Shown: positions 1 through 12,609, counted from the first letter of the stretch. The stretch is 64,000 nucleotides of DNA from Camelus ferus (GCF_009834535.1 NC_045717.1:15500001-15564000), one strand, 5' to 3'. Numbers and translations are program-made. The notes: a model not told the origin generated them from the letters alone.

Positions 1-2484
1 AGAGTCACACAGCCCTTCCTTCATCAGTCACACCCATGGAGATAGTGCCTCCCCCCTCCAGCTGTAACCATGGATACTACACGTTTCCCATCTCACAGGC
101 CTCCACCCCAGAGACCCTTTCAACTCCACTTCCACTGTCCTCACCCTGACCAACAGTCATAGAGACCACTCTCTCCCCCGTTGTGCCGAGAGTGACCCAA
201 CATTTGGATCTTCGCCTCAGCGTGGAAACAGTCTGCTCCTTTCCCCAGGGCGCCCCAGCTCCTTGCCACCCTCCAAGCTCCGCCCCTAAGCGGCTTGGAC
301 CAGCGTTGCCATGGAGACCAAATCCCGGTGTCTGAGGTAATAGAACACATGTCCCCCCTAGGCTTTCCCTTGTCTGCAGAGCCTGCCCTACCAAACTGTC
401 ACCACAGAGACCGTCAACGTTGTCCTCATGACAACTGACTTCCCAGTTCTCAGGAACTTCTAGCCATGGGCTGAAACTGTGCACAATAGGGCTTAATGGC
501 TTCCCCTTCACCAGATGGGCCCAGTCCTAGGCAGCACCCCAGACCCGGCTGGACTTCTGGAGCAGCTGGACACCCTCCTTTTGCACACTAACTATACCAG
601 ATAACAGATGTGCATGAGACACCCTTGCGACAACCAGGTGTTTTCACTGCCACTGTATAGGTGAGCAAACTGAAGCTCTGGTGTGCCCCTACCCTTTGTG
701 CTGTGCAAGCACTAAGCTCCCCTTTTCTTCTCTGAGACCACATCCCCATACTCACTGAACTCCTCTCTCTTCCCCTAATCTCTCACCCCCCACATTTCCC
801 TCCTTAGAGATCCAGGAGAGATGGAATTGTCTTTAAACCTCAAAACCCACCCTGAGCTCCAGGTTCTAAGGGGTGATTTGTGCCAAGAAGTCAAGACCCT
901 GTCAAACTTCCCAGTGTTAAGAGCCAGCTCAGGGAGATGGTTCATGAACAAGGCCACCCCAGCTGTTGGAGACCTCAGCTTTGAGATCTTGCCTGGAGTA
1001 GCACTGGGGTCCCTCCTGGAGCTCTCCTTATTGTTACATTCATTTCCAGGAAACCCATCTGTGGGTTTTGGAACCAGGTATGCCTGGGTTCGAATCCTGC
1101 CTCTGTGACCAAATGACAAAATCCCTGATCCTGTTTCCTCCTCTGTACCCAGGGCTGTTCTAAGGTCCCAGTGAGTGTAAAATGTACAGCAGGGGCTCAA
1201 TAAATCTTTCTTTCTTTTTCTTTTTTTTTTAAATGAATGAGGCAGCTGGTGGGTTATGAAGCTAATTGCTTCATAAATGCACTTCCGTGGACACAGTGTT
1301 TCCCAGCTGGGGATGCTTGGGAATGACTTGGTTGGGAAGCATCTCTCTTCATTTTTCAGGACCATCCCCTCTCCTCAGTCTTTCTCTCTTCTCCCTTCCC
1401 CCTATTCTGCCCTCACTCTCTTCCTTGAATCACCTCCCATGAGTCTGGTCCTTCTCAGCCCTGTCCTAATTGGGTCACTAACAAATCCAGTGGTTCCTCT
1501 CAGTCCCCTGGGAACAAAGTATGTGAAACTGGATGAGTTCCTGCACCAGGAAAGCAGAGAAGTTGCAAATTTTCCCTGGTTTGGGGCTGAGGGTGGTGTT
1601 GGGGGAGGGTGGGCTGAGGACTATTGGAACTTTCTGGGACACAAAGAAAGGGACAAGAGAAAAGAAGTGTAAAAGTCTTACTTGGTTATAGAAGTGGGAT
1701 GGTCGATTTAATTGCTCATGCTTCAGTATCAGATGGGACAGAGCTCCTAGAGACTCAAACCACTCGTCTGAAGCCACAGTCTAGCCCCCTGGTTAAACTG
1801 CCTTGGGCTCCAGCTGGCCCTTAGTTTCCTTGAATAAGGGAATGATAATGGGTATTTTTCTGGAGATGAATGCACGAGATTTCTTTCATCCCACTTTTTC
1901 CCCGCTGAAATCCTTTCTCCCTTCCACGGGTTCCAGCATCCTGGTTTTGCCTCGAGTATGTAAGTTTCCCTCCTCTTATTCCGTGAGAGTCAGAGGGGCT
2001 GACTCCCTGGACAGTGAATGCTGTGGCTCATCTTCCTGGGCAACCCTCATTGGCCCAGGGGGACATGGACCCAGGAAGACCAATGAGATGCAGTCCCTGG
2101 GATTTTGACGGACCAATAGGACCAAGGGAACCTTCTTTCTGCTGGGGTCTGCACTGTTGGAGTGGAGATCTTGCAGGCTCACCTGGAGATGTACTTACCT
2201 GTTTTCCACGCATCCTCACCAGCATCATGTGTTATCACTTTTTACCTTAGTTGACCTGATAGGTGACACATAATATCTCCTTGTGGTTGCCACTTGCAAT
2301 TCACTTGTTATGTGAAGCTGACCATCCTTCATTTCGACCTGAGGTGCAGGCAGTTGAATAAATCATAAATCCTTCTCAGTTCAAGTACATTGTTATTGAT
2401 CAATGCAAGGCCCCGCTCTTGTGAGATTTATTTACTCTTTGCTGTTTCTCAAATGAAGCATGTTCCCTTCTGCAAGAGGATTTT

Positions 2485-2708
2485 TGCCTTTGCTCTTCTC
2501 TCTGCCTGAAACTTCTTTTCTTCCCTTCCGCATCTAGTTAATGCTATTCTTCCTTTAGAGTCCATTCACCTCCTCTAGGAAGCCTTCCCTGATCACCTCC
2601 CAGGGGCCATATCTGTTCTGTTCACCACTATCTCCCCACGCATCCAGCACAGTACATCGCTCATAATAGCAGTTCAGTAAGTCCTTGCTGAGTGAATGAA
2701 TGAATGAA
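2485..2708 (+). mobile_element. L2 3' end just beyond the NCAN polyA site
   Basis: ggaagccttccctgatcacc...ccagcacagt...tgaatgaatgaatgaa. Confidence 0.65.
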
Positions 2709-2741
2709 GATGTCAGGAGGCAGGCTGAACTGTTAAAAATT

Positions 2742-2747
2742 TTTATT
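2742..2747 (-). terminator. NCAN: NCAN polyadenylation signal AATAAA
   Basis: tttatt on plus; gives a ~2.2 kb 3'UTR; an L2 repeat begins just beyond it. Confidence 0.7.
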
Positions 2748-3321
2748 AAAATGTTCAAGAAGTACATTAATGTCCACAGTGTCAGATACCACAGACCCAC
2801 GGAACACTGCAGCTGACAGCAAAACCAACAGAACCCAAAGCTGTTCACACGCACACACACTCAGACGCATGCCTCACACGTGGCACACGCAAACACACGC
2901 ACATCTCAAAGGGAAAGACCAAAAGACAAACCACCCACTTTAGAAAAGATCAGAGCCCCCTCCCACCATGGAGCTGGGGTAGGGGTAGGGGCAGGTTGAG
3001 GGGGCCAGGGGCAAGGAGCATAAACCAAGACCCTCCCAAAAAAAGTTGCATCCCCAGAGGCCCCCCCACTCCAAAAGGAAATTCTTTTGTGACATGGATG
3101 TCTGAAGATGTGTTACTATTTTTACACTTTTTAAACCAAGAGGAATTATCAAAGCTAGAAGACAAACCAATATCCCTGGATAATGGATGGATAAGTGGAT
3201 AATGTCTTAGGGATGACTAAAGACCACAGCCAAGGATGAGGGTCTTGTTTGCACTTCTCAATCTTTTCCTAAGTCTTCCTGTGTGTTAGAGTGTGGTTAT
3301 GTTTCAGTTCCTTTCCCCAGA

Positions 3322-3505
3322 GAGAGTGGGTTTGGAGTCAGACAGAGGCAGGACCAAATCCTTATTCCTGTCTTGCAAGCCAGTGCCTTTCTCTAATCTG
3401 AGCCTCAGTTTTGTGTTGTATAAAGTGGGAAAATAATGGTTCCTAGGTCACTGGGCTGTTGCAAAGATTCAAGGAGACAGTGTGTAAGTCCTTAGCATGG
3501 TACCT
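3322..3505 (+). mobile_element. MIR inside the NCAN 3'UTR
   Basis: ggtttggagtcagacag...ctgagcctcagtttt...tgtaagtccttagcatggtacc. Confidence 0.65.
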
Positions 3506-4139
3506 ACTCCATAGTTACTACTTCCCGGGAGGGATATATGCTCAGGCAACACATTTCTTTCTTTACCGAACTCTTAGCTGGACCATATATTTGCTTCTTT
3601 TCTTTCCTACAGAGGGCCATTCTCTACTGTGGTTCTTAACACTAATCCACAGATGCTACCCAGACTAGGTAGTTGAGAGTGGACAAAGAACATGGAGGAA
3701 AAGCTGTAGCTCTTTCCTGCCAGAGATCAGGAAGCTACATCCTGACTTCTGGCTTTGGAAGACCTTTTACAGGTCGCAGATTTGGGGGAGGAAGGCAAAG
3801 TGAGTTCTTTACCACTTAAAAAATTTAAAAAACTGTGAGAGAAAAATGTGTGTGTGTGTTTAGTTTTTAACCCTGCACATCCCTCTACATGACGGCAGGT
3901 AGATGTCACTACTTCAAGTGTTAAGCATTCCTAGTCCACCAGGCAATGGATGGAGGCAGGGATGGGGTGAGTAGGGGTGGAACCCGGGCAGGGGCGCTAC
4001 CAATGTCTGCTTGAGGGATGGATATGGGCACTGAGCTAGAAAACTTGGCACCTCCTTGGTCCAGGAAGGAGGTTCTTTGTCTCCCTGAGAGATGGAGGGG
4101 GAAGAAATCTGGACTCATTGAGCCCTAAACATCCTCTCA

Positions 4140-4141
<2 letters not shown>

Positions 4142-4189
<48 letters not shown>

Positions 4190-4200
4190 TGTGTGTGTGT
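4142..4200. repeat. (TG)n microsatellite, ~29 units with one TA interruption, in the NCAN 3'UTR
   Basis: Read directly. Confidence 0.95.
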
Positions 4201-4966
4201 AAAATTCACCATACATGCAGAACCACCAAATTTTAGCGCTGGACTAGACCTGGGAGGGCAAGCAATACATCTTCCCATCCCATCATTGCCCAGAAATTGC
4301 TCTGACCATTCTGACCTCTAATTCTGAGGGCATGGAGGGAGGTTGTTCTAAAAACATTCCTAAAATTCAGTACTTACGAGTTCCACACTCAGTTTATCCA
4401 CCCAGACTAAAGACCAAACTTGGGCTGAAGTCCAAGGTAAAAGGAGAGCAGTCATCAAGTTCAGTGTACTTCCATGTAGTTCCTACTCCCAAAGCCAGTG
4501 ACCTTCACTAAAGGCTTTAGCCTGCATTTAGGACATCTGACAGTTTACTGAATCTGAATCTCTGGTGGTAAAAGCAGTTCCTTAGTGTGAATCCAAACAC
4601 ATGTCCTTGCACCCTCATCAAAGCCTTATTTCAACAACTGGCAGGCAGCCTTGCCAACAAAAGTCTAAATAAGTGCAAAGAATGGTCTTCGCCGATTGCG
4701 CTTCCCTCCGCTGCAAAATGCTCCCAGAGTTCAGCCCGACTAGAACTGATTTTTCAGACACATGGCTACACCTGCCAAGAGGACCTTGTGTATGTAAGAA
4801 AGAGGAGAGAGGAGCTTTTTACAAATGGTTATGTAAGGGGGGGGGTGATGTGGTTTGGGGCTCAGGGGCTTTCGGACCCTCTTGTTTCTCTCTGGGCTCT
4901 GTCTCCCCAGGTGAAGGCTCCAGGGGAAGTGTGGGAAGGGGGTTGTGCTTTCTTTTGCCTGGTTCT

Positions 4967-5100
4967 TCAGCAGAAATTCCCTTCTTCCTTCTCCCAGTCC
5001 TCTGCTGGGTGTTTCTTATGTTTTCTGCGCTCCTTGCGCGATTTGTGGTGGTGATGCTGGTGATGGTGATGGTGTCGCCGCATCCGATGGGACCGTCTGG
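4967..5100 (-). CDS. NCAN: NCAN exon 15, coding part (His-rich/basic tail, stop TGA)
   Basis: CAG acceptor at 5103-5101; translates [44 protein letters not shown]. Confidence 0.96.
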
Positions 5101-5335
5101 CTGCAGGGAAGTGAGGGAAGGTAGGAAAGTGGCAAAAGCTGATTAGAGGTGGGTTCGCTGATGGAGCAGGCCTCCGCAGGGGAGGGTAAATGAAGGAAAC
5201 AGCAAGCAAGCTGGTAAGTTCTCACTTATCTGCAAGGCAGATATTCAGCCAGATCAATGTGTGCAGGGATGAGATGTTTTGGAGACTACAGATAGGTGGA
5301 AACTTGTGCTGGGGTGTCTGGGGGAAGCCACTTAC

Positions 5336-5518
5336 GTTTGGTACAGACAATTTGGGGCCGGTCCCACTTGCCATTGCTCCGGCACCGGATGGTGGCCACA
5401 TGGTGCTGGGCAAATCCTTCATCACACTGGTAGCGTACAGTGGCATGGACATTATACTTGGCCTTGCGGGCACCGATGGGCGAGGCATTCTCCACTGCCG
5501 GAGGGGGACCACACAGCA
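5336..5518 (-). CDS. NCAN: NCAN exon 14 (Sushi/CCP domain), 183 nt
   Basis: [13 protein letters not shown]...[16 protein letters not shown]; CAG acceptor, GTAAG donor. Confidence 0.97.
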
Positions 5519-6266
5519 CTGGGGACAGAGGAACCTCCAGTTAGAGAAATGGACAGGACTGAGGCTGAACTGGTTTCATCTCTTGTGATGAACCCTTAAC
5601 ATGTCCCACCCTTTGCCCGGCTGTGACCTCAAAGGGCTGGAAGTAAATGTGTCCATCTCCTCTACCCAAACCAGGAGACTCTCAGGCACAGGAATCTCCT
5701 AGACACATCCTAATTCTTGTGCATGATGGGAATGTAGGAGATGGGAGGCAAGAATAATCTGAGCAAATGAAAGGAAGAAAGGACATGAAAATTGGCAAAG
5801 AAACAGAAGCAAGAATGAAGAAAAGTATAAGAGAAAGGCAGACATGAGAAGGCATATAAGTGTTTCCTTCATATATGAAGAGCTCTTACAAGTCAGTAAG
5901 ACTAATGAGCCAGTAGAAAGCTAGGCAAAGAAGATAAACTGGCAAGTCACAGGAAATTGACTACATACCAACAGCTTATCAACATATAAACAGTTGGTTA
6001 TTCTCATCCTCAAAGATGTGCAAACTATGGTAACAACGAGATACTGTTTTTTCACCACTTCGATGAACAAAAAACAAAAAATTTGAGAACACACAGAGTT
6101 GGCAACGGTGGGGAAAAAATGGGCACTCTCACATAGAGCTGAAGAGTGAAAACTGGCCTGAACTGACTATTAACATTTCCAAAATTAAATAAAACAATGA
6201 ACCAGTGAGTCTGAAAGGCAGGAGGGAAGGTAGGGGGAAGGGGTGGAAGGGAGAGTGGCAGCATAC

Positions 6267-6411
6267 CTGTGCCCTTCTTACAGACATAGGGGAGGTTGTA
6301 GTTGCAGGGAACATCATTCCAGCGGCCACTCTCATGCGCAACCATCACCACGCAGTCCTCTCCTCCGGCGAAGAAATTGTCGGGCTGGTTCTCCCGCCAG
6401 TTCTCATATTG
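6267..6411 (-). CDS. NCAN: NCAN exon 13 (C-type lectin, C-terminal part), 145 nt
   Basis: [48 protein letters not shown]; CAG/GTATG. Confidence 0.97.
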
Positions 6412-7112
6412 CTGTAAGAATGGGGAGCAGCAGGTGCTCAGGGGACCTGCATCTTGACCCAGGCTCTGGCACTGGCACTGCGGGACTCTCCTGGCCAGAC
6501 CATTCAAACTCGGAAGGACTCAGTGTTCCCATCTCTACAATGGGCATTGTTCTACCTGAGGAGCCCTGACCACCACTGCAGCCTGAGTCAACCCTCCTCT
6601 GGCTGTGTGGCTGCAGTGCCCTCTTCTCTGGTCTTCTTGCCTCCTGTCTCACTCCCTGATAGTCTGTTTTCCACATAGGTCACTTGCTGTTAGGTAAATA
6701 GTTGAATAAATGGTGACCTCATGCTGGAAGTCCAGGAGGACTTCCCTGAGGAGAAAACAGGAGAGCTGAAGACTCAAGGATAGAAATGGTGCAGGCAGGG
6801 GACAGAGTTCCAAGCAGAGGGAACAGCTAGTGCAAAGGCCCAGAGGCAGAACTGAGCTGGTTATGTCTAAGGAACAGAACAGAGGATAGGAGGGCTGGAG
6901 CTGCTGGATCCAGTTTGGGTGCGATCAGAGAGTGGGTAGGGACCAGTTCTCACGGTAGAGGAGAGGAGGTGGATTTTTTTNNNNNNNNNNNNNNNNNNNN
7001 NNNNNNNNNNNNNNNNNNNNNNNNNNNNNNNNNNNNNNNNNNNNNNNNNNNNNNNNNNNNNNNNNNNNNNNNNNNNNNNNNNNNNNNNNNNNNNNNNNNN
7101 NNNNNNNNNNNN

Positions 7113-7590
7113 TCACACTGAACAGAAACTCTGTACCCATTAATCTATCACTCCCCATCCACCTTCCCTTCAGCTCCTGGCAGCCACTGATCTACCTTCT
7201 GTCTCTATGGATTTGCCTATTCTAGATATTTCATGTAAGTGGAATCATACAAATGAAGCCTTTAATGTCTGCATTTTTCCCTGAGCAAAATGTTTTCAAG
7301 TTTTATCCACACTGTAGCATGTATTCCTTTTTAATTCCTTTTTAATGACTGAATAGTATTCACTGTGTGGATGGACCACATTTTGTTCATCTATTCACCC
7401 ATGGATGGTCATTTGGATTGTTTCCACCATTTGGCTACTGTGAGTAGTGCTGCTCTGAACATGGGTGTACAAGTATCTGAGTTTCTGCTTTCACTTCTTC
7501 TGGGTATCTACCTAGGCGCAGGATTACTGGGTCACCTGGTAATTCTAGGCTTAACTTTTTGAGGAAGTGCCAGACTGTTTTCCACAGCAG
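7113..7590 (-). mobile_element. L1 (L1MB-like) 3' fragment
   Basis: Typical L1M 3'UTR reverse-complement text (ctaccttctgtctctatggatttgcctattctagatatttca...ttttgaggaagtgccagactgttttccacagc). Confidence 0.75.
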
Positions 7591-8261
7591 GAGGAGGTAG
7601 GTTTTTTTTTATCTTGGGAGGGCTTGAAGCCAGGAGAATCCTGATCTGATGTATAATTTCTAAATGGTTCCTATGGACAAGGGTTTCCTTTTGTGGTGCT
7701 GAAAATATTCTGGAACTAGATCATTACACAGAATTGCGAAAGTACTAAAAGACACTGAATTACATGCTTTAAACATTAATTTTATGTTAGGTGAATTTCA
7801 TCATAAATTTTTAAAAAGTCCCCAGAGCCACCAGGTAAAGGGACAGGAGTGCAGGTGAGCTGCTGCAGCATCCAAGTAAGTGCTGAGGGAAGCCACATGG
7901 GGGGGGGGGATGTAGGGAAATGGACACACTTGAGAGTCTCTGGCTGGAGGACCAGGTGGAGTGAGCAAGAGGGAGGCGTCAAACCCCTTCCTAGGTTTGT
8001 AGCCTCAGTCACTGGGTGACTGGCCGTTTACAGGGCTGGGAAGTCGGAGTGATGTGGGGCTTTGCTGAAGCTTCTTTGCCAACCCCGGCATCTCAGAGCC
8101 ACTGGGGGCCTTTGATGGCCACCTGTGGTGGTTTTGCATAAGTGGGTAAAGTGAAGCCAGAGGGCAGGCGTTGCAGCTTACCTGAAACTTTCCACTCTAG
8201 GCAGGACCCTGGTCTGCAGTCTGACTGCAGGGACCCAGGCCCCCAGGCTACCGCCACTCAC

Positions 8262-8344
8262 CAGCCCTGTGTTGTCTGTCCACTGGAAATCTCGCTCCAC
8301 GATCCTGTCGTTCAGGCCAATCCATGTGTTTTCACGCCCAAAAC
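8262..8344 (-). CDS. NCAN: NCAN exon 12 (C-type lectin), 83 nt
   Basis: [27 protein letters not shown]; CAG/GTGAG. Confidence 0.97.
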
Positions 8345-9364
8345 CTGCAGGGTAGGGGGTCGTGGGAGCTGGGCACCTGCTCCTCCTCCAGCCTAGGTTG
8401 CTGGCTGGAGGCCAGGCAGGGAGCATGGGAGGGGTGACCTAGCCCCATCCCTGGCCTGGAGGTGGGCTGGAAGGGGAAGGGGATGGAGGTGAGAGTGAGA
8501 GGGGGTACCCAGAACCCTTCCCCCAGTTCCGAGTATGAGCTGGGGGGAGAGGACCCCAGCTTGGGGGCCGTGGGCTGGAGGCCATATAACCCCATTCCCT
8601 AGCAGTCTGGGACTCTGGCTGCCCTCGAACCTGGGGAGTGGAGGAGGGGCACAGTAAGGGATAGAGTTAAGCTCCCAGACTTGCCACTATTTGTGGCTTA
8701 AACAAAATGCCCGAGGAAGAAATAAACAAAGTCATATCTTTGCAGAAATGACACAGTAAGGGATAGGAGAGCCAGTGGATGGGGCCAGACAGGGCAGACA
8801 GGTGAGTCTGAATGACCCAGTCAGTCACTGAGGAAGGAGGAAGCAGCTGGATGAGTGTGTGTTTGATCACACTGAGGAAAAAAACCAGCGGACCAGGGAA
8901 TGAACAAATGGAAGAATTAACAGAGGACCAGAGAAGGACAATGAATAAATAAACAGATGAAAAAGGGCAGAAGGGGTAAGGAGTAAATCAATAAATGCTG
9001 GATTTAATTAATTAATGAGACACTCTTCTCTTTCTCTAAGTCTCTGCACAGCTCCTTCCTCATTTCATCCCTCAAATTACAGATGCTTCTCCATTTGTCT
9101 CTATCCCCTGGCCCCATTTTAATTGTCATCGGTGCACTTAGGAGCAGCTAAATTATAGTATAGACTTATTTAGTTAGATATTTACTTGTTTGCCTATATC
9201 CCCGACAAGAACATCACTCCCTAAGGATAGGACAATGTGTCTCTGTGTCTGGAATGGTGCCTGGCACATAGCAGGTGCTCAGTAAATATTTTGGTGAATG
9301 AATGAATGAAACGAATGAATGAACTGACAAGTGAAAAAATAGACAAGTGAATTAATAAGTGGTC

Positions 9365-9575
9365 AGGGAGTTCGAGATTTGCAGGTACTAAGTACCATGT
9401 ATAAAATAAACAAGTTTATACTATATAGCACAGGCCACTAGTCAATATCTTGTAGTAACCTATAAAGAAAAAGAATATGGAAAGGAATATATATAGATAT
9501 ACGTATGACTGAAACATTATGCTGTACACCAGAAACTGACACATTGTAAAGTGACTATACTTCAAAAAGTAAAAA
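9365..9575 (+). mobile_element. Laurasiatherian/artiodactyl L1 3' end
   Basis: ...ctgtacaccagaaactgacacattgtaaagtgactatacttcaaaaagtaaaaa. Confidence 0.7.
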
Positions 9576-9692
9576 GTGGTCAGAGCTTGCATCAACGAAC
9601 ACAGCTTCAGAAAGGTGGTGTCTTCAGGACCCTGGGGGGTGCCCTAACAAAGGGACTGCAAAGGCCACCCCTGTGCACCCCAGAGTTCTTAC

Positions 9693-9851
9693 TGTTAATG
9701 AAGCCGTGTTCTTCCGGAGAGTGGATGCTGGTCAGGTGGCCAGCTCGACGGCGGCAGTCCCTCTCTGCATCCTCCCATGCCCGTCGATGGGCGAAGTAGC
9801 GGTAGCAGTGGCCCTGGAACTTGTGCCAGCCGTGGTCACAGCCCTCTGTGT
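9693..9851 (-). CDS. NCAN: NCAN exon 11 (C-type lectin, N-terminal part), 159 nt
   Basis: [53 protein letters not shown]; CAG/GTAAG. Confidence 0.97.
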
Positions 9852-10189
9852 CTGAGAAGTGGGAAGGGAGTATAAAGGGGCTGGCCTTGGGCAGAGCCAG
9901 CCGTGAGCACAGCCAGCCCACCAGGGAGAGAGCCCAATCCAAGGTCACTGCGGGGCTAGATGACCCCTCGCCCTGGGCCTGTCCCCACCCCCTGCTTTGT
10001 CCTCCGAGCCTTTCACCTCTCTCCTCCCATTTTCACTTCTTTCTGTTGCAGGAAGAGATTCAACTGGAAGATCATTAACACCCATCCCAACTCTAATCCC
10101 AACTCTGATGTCTCCTCTGATCTGGCCACACTCTCTGTGTGGACCTGGGAACTCAAGAAATGGTCTCTGGAAGGCCTAAAATTTTCCTC

Positions 10190-11045
10190 CTGGGAAAAAG
10201 CTCGAATAGACATTTCTCCCCAGAAGATATACAAACAGCCAAGAAGCACATGAAAAGATGCTTACCGCTGTGAATCATTAGGAAACATATAAGGACCACA
10301 ATGGAACACCACCTCACACTCATTAGGATGGCTATAATTTTTTTTAAAGGNNNNNNNNNNNNNNNNNNNNNNNNNNNNNNNNNNNNNNNNNNNNNNNNNN
10401 NNNNNNNNNNNNNNNNNNNNNNNNNNNNNNNNNNNNNNNNNNNNNNNNNNNNNNNNNNNNNNNNNNNNNNNNNNNNNNNNNNNNNNNNNNNNNNNNNNNN
10501 NNNNNNNNNNNNNNNNNNAAGGATGTGGCAAAAAAAAGAATGGAAAACAGGTGTTGAAATAAAAACCTGTACCTTCATAGCAGCACTATTTACATTATCC
10601 ACAAGGGGCAGACAACCCAAGTTTCCACTAAGTGATGAATGGATAAACAAAATGTGACCCATCCATTCAATGGAATATTATTCGGCCATAAAGGAGTGAA
10701 TGGAGCACTGACACGTGCTACAATGTGGATGAACCTGGAAAACGTTATGCTGAGTGAAAGAAGCCAGACACAAAAAGACACATAGTGTATAACCGCATTT
10801 ATATGAAACATCTAAAATAAGCAAATCCACAGAGACAGAAAGTAGATTAGTGGTTGCCAGGGGCTGGAGAGGAGGAATGGGGAGTGACTGCTAATGGGGA
10901 CAGAATTTCCTTTGGGGATGATGAAAACGTTTTAAAACTAGCTAGAGATGGTGGCTGCACACCATTGTGAATGTACTGAATGCCACTGAATTGCACACTC
11001 TGAAAAATTACCTCTACATTATAGGAATTTTATCTCAAGAAAACA
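10190..11045 (+). mobile_element. L1 (L1MB-like) 3' fragment, partly N-masked
   Basis: gaatggataaacaaaatgtg...gacagaaagtagattagtggttgccaggggctgg...gccactgaattgcacact. Confidence 0.8.
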
Positions 11046-11174
11046 ATTTGCCTCCTGTCTGACCCACGGCCATGGAACCAGAAGCAGAGACCTGGAGCAT
11101 CATGTGTGGGAAGCTGGCAGCCCAGCACCCAACCCCACTTCTGGTACTGTTTCTGGGGCCTCACAGAGACTCAC

Positions 11175-11288
11175 CTTTCTCGCAGAGGCTGCCCGCATAG
11201 CTGGGGAGGCAAAGGCAGACAAAGGCGTTGACCTCATCGATGCAGGTACCTCCATTCTCACAGGGGCTAGAGATGCAGTCGTCTATAT
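11175..11288 (-). CDS. NCAN: NCAN exon 10 (calcium-binding EGF 2), 114 nt
   Basis: Manual translation [38 protein letters not shown]; CAG/GTGAG. Confidence 0.96.
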
Positions 11289-11978
11289 CTGGAGGGGAAG
11301 GTGGGGCCGAGTCAGAGGTCAGCCTCCCCTTGGCTCCCAGGCCCCCTGGGGAATCAGGCAGATGATGTGGTCACGATTCTGCCATCTATCCCAGAAACTG
11401 AGTGCAACGGCAGTGGTCTGCACAGATGGCCCAGTGACTCTGGAGGTCAGGAGGGTGGAATCTCACACCACTAACATGAAGTAGCATCGATGGTAGCAGA
11501 TGCCGCTGGGTGGGCTGAAGGCCAGAGTGCGCGCTACGTCCCACCTGACTCCGGGACAGTGAAGGCGGGCTTGGCAAACAGACCCATAGAATGTCGAAGC
11601 TGGAGTCTTTTCAGAATGCGGAACCTAGAGCAACTGGGCTCCAGAGCGTCTGCAAGGACTCACAGAGTCACAAAGCTGTTTGTAAGTAGAGGGAGCTATC
11701 AGTTGAACACCCCTTCTACCAATCCCTGGGTAGTTATTGCCTAAGGCATGTATGATGCCAGGCCAGTCACTTCCTGTCTGTGAGAACTTTTCTTCTTTTN
11801 NNNNNNNNNNNNNNNNNNNNNNNNNNNNNNNNNNNNNNNNNNNNNNNNNNNNNNNNNNNNNNNNNNNNNNNNNNNNNNNNNNNNNNNNNNNNNNNNNNNN
11901 NNNNNNNNNNNNNNNNNNNNNNNNNNNNNNNNNNNNNNNNNNNNNNNNNNNNNNNNNNNNNNAATGGCACCTTCTCAA

Positions 11979-12092
11979 GGGGGTGGGAATAGCTCAGTGG
12001 TAGGGCATGTGCTTAGCCTGCACAGGGTCCTGGGTTCAATCCCCAACAACTCCATTAGAAAAATAAAAACAAACAAAAAACTGTATTAAAAA
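11979..12092 (+). mobile_element. tRNA-Ala-derived SINE (camelid Vic-1-like)
   Basis: TAGCTCAGTGGTAG A-box, GGGTTCAATCCCC B-box, A-rich tail. Confidence 0.8.
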
Positions 12093-12609
12093 AAACTTGG
12101 GCACTTTGCTGTCTGTATGTTACACTTTATTAACAATATTTAAAAAAATGACACCTTCTCAATGGTAGTTGAGTGGAGAGTCAATGGAAGAGCTCGAGAA
12201 ATTATATTGCTTATAATTATTGTTATACTTTCATAATTTGTTGTAATTCTTGTGTTACGCTTTGGGGCTAGTATCCAACAGTTCTGATGGTGGTGCCTAT
12301 ACCCCTGCCCACCCAGGATAGAGTGGGAGATCCCTTGGGGCCCTTTGCTCATAGGAATCTAAACCTTACCATCCTTTTGTCGTCCCCTCCCTGACACCTG
12401 CCTGGTACTACTGGGAGGTAGCACACCAGAGCTTTCCCCCAGGATGAAAGCTCAGCTGGTTGGTGCTGGGGCTGATTTACTGGAGCCAAAGAGTGAGGGA
12501 GGGGAAGGGAGCATCCGAAGCCAGTATTCTGTGATCACTGAGTCCTCATGGGGATGGCGGCTCTGGGTCAAACAAGTTTACATTCAGATCCTGAGTCCAG
12601 GGTACTCAC

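Noticed and set aside
7113-7805. Opposite-orientation L1 pieces as a twin-priming inversion
   Set aside because: They are separated by ~80 bp of unrelated sequence, and the minus copy appears to have its own poly-T tail before the N-run; two independent insertions are simpler
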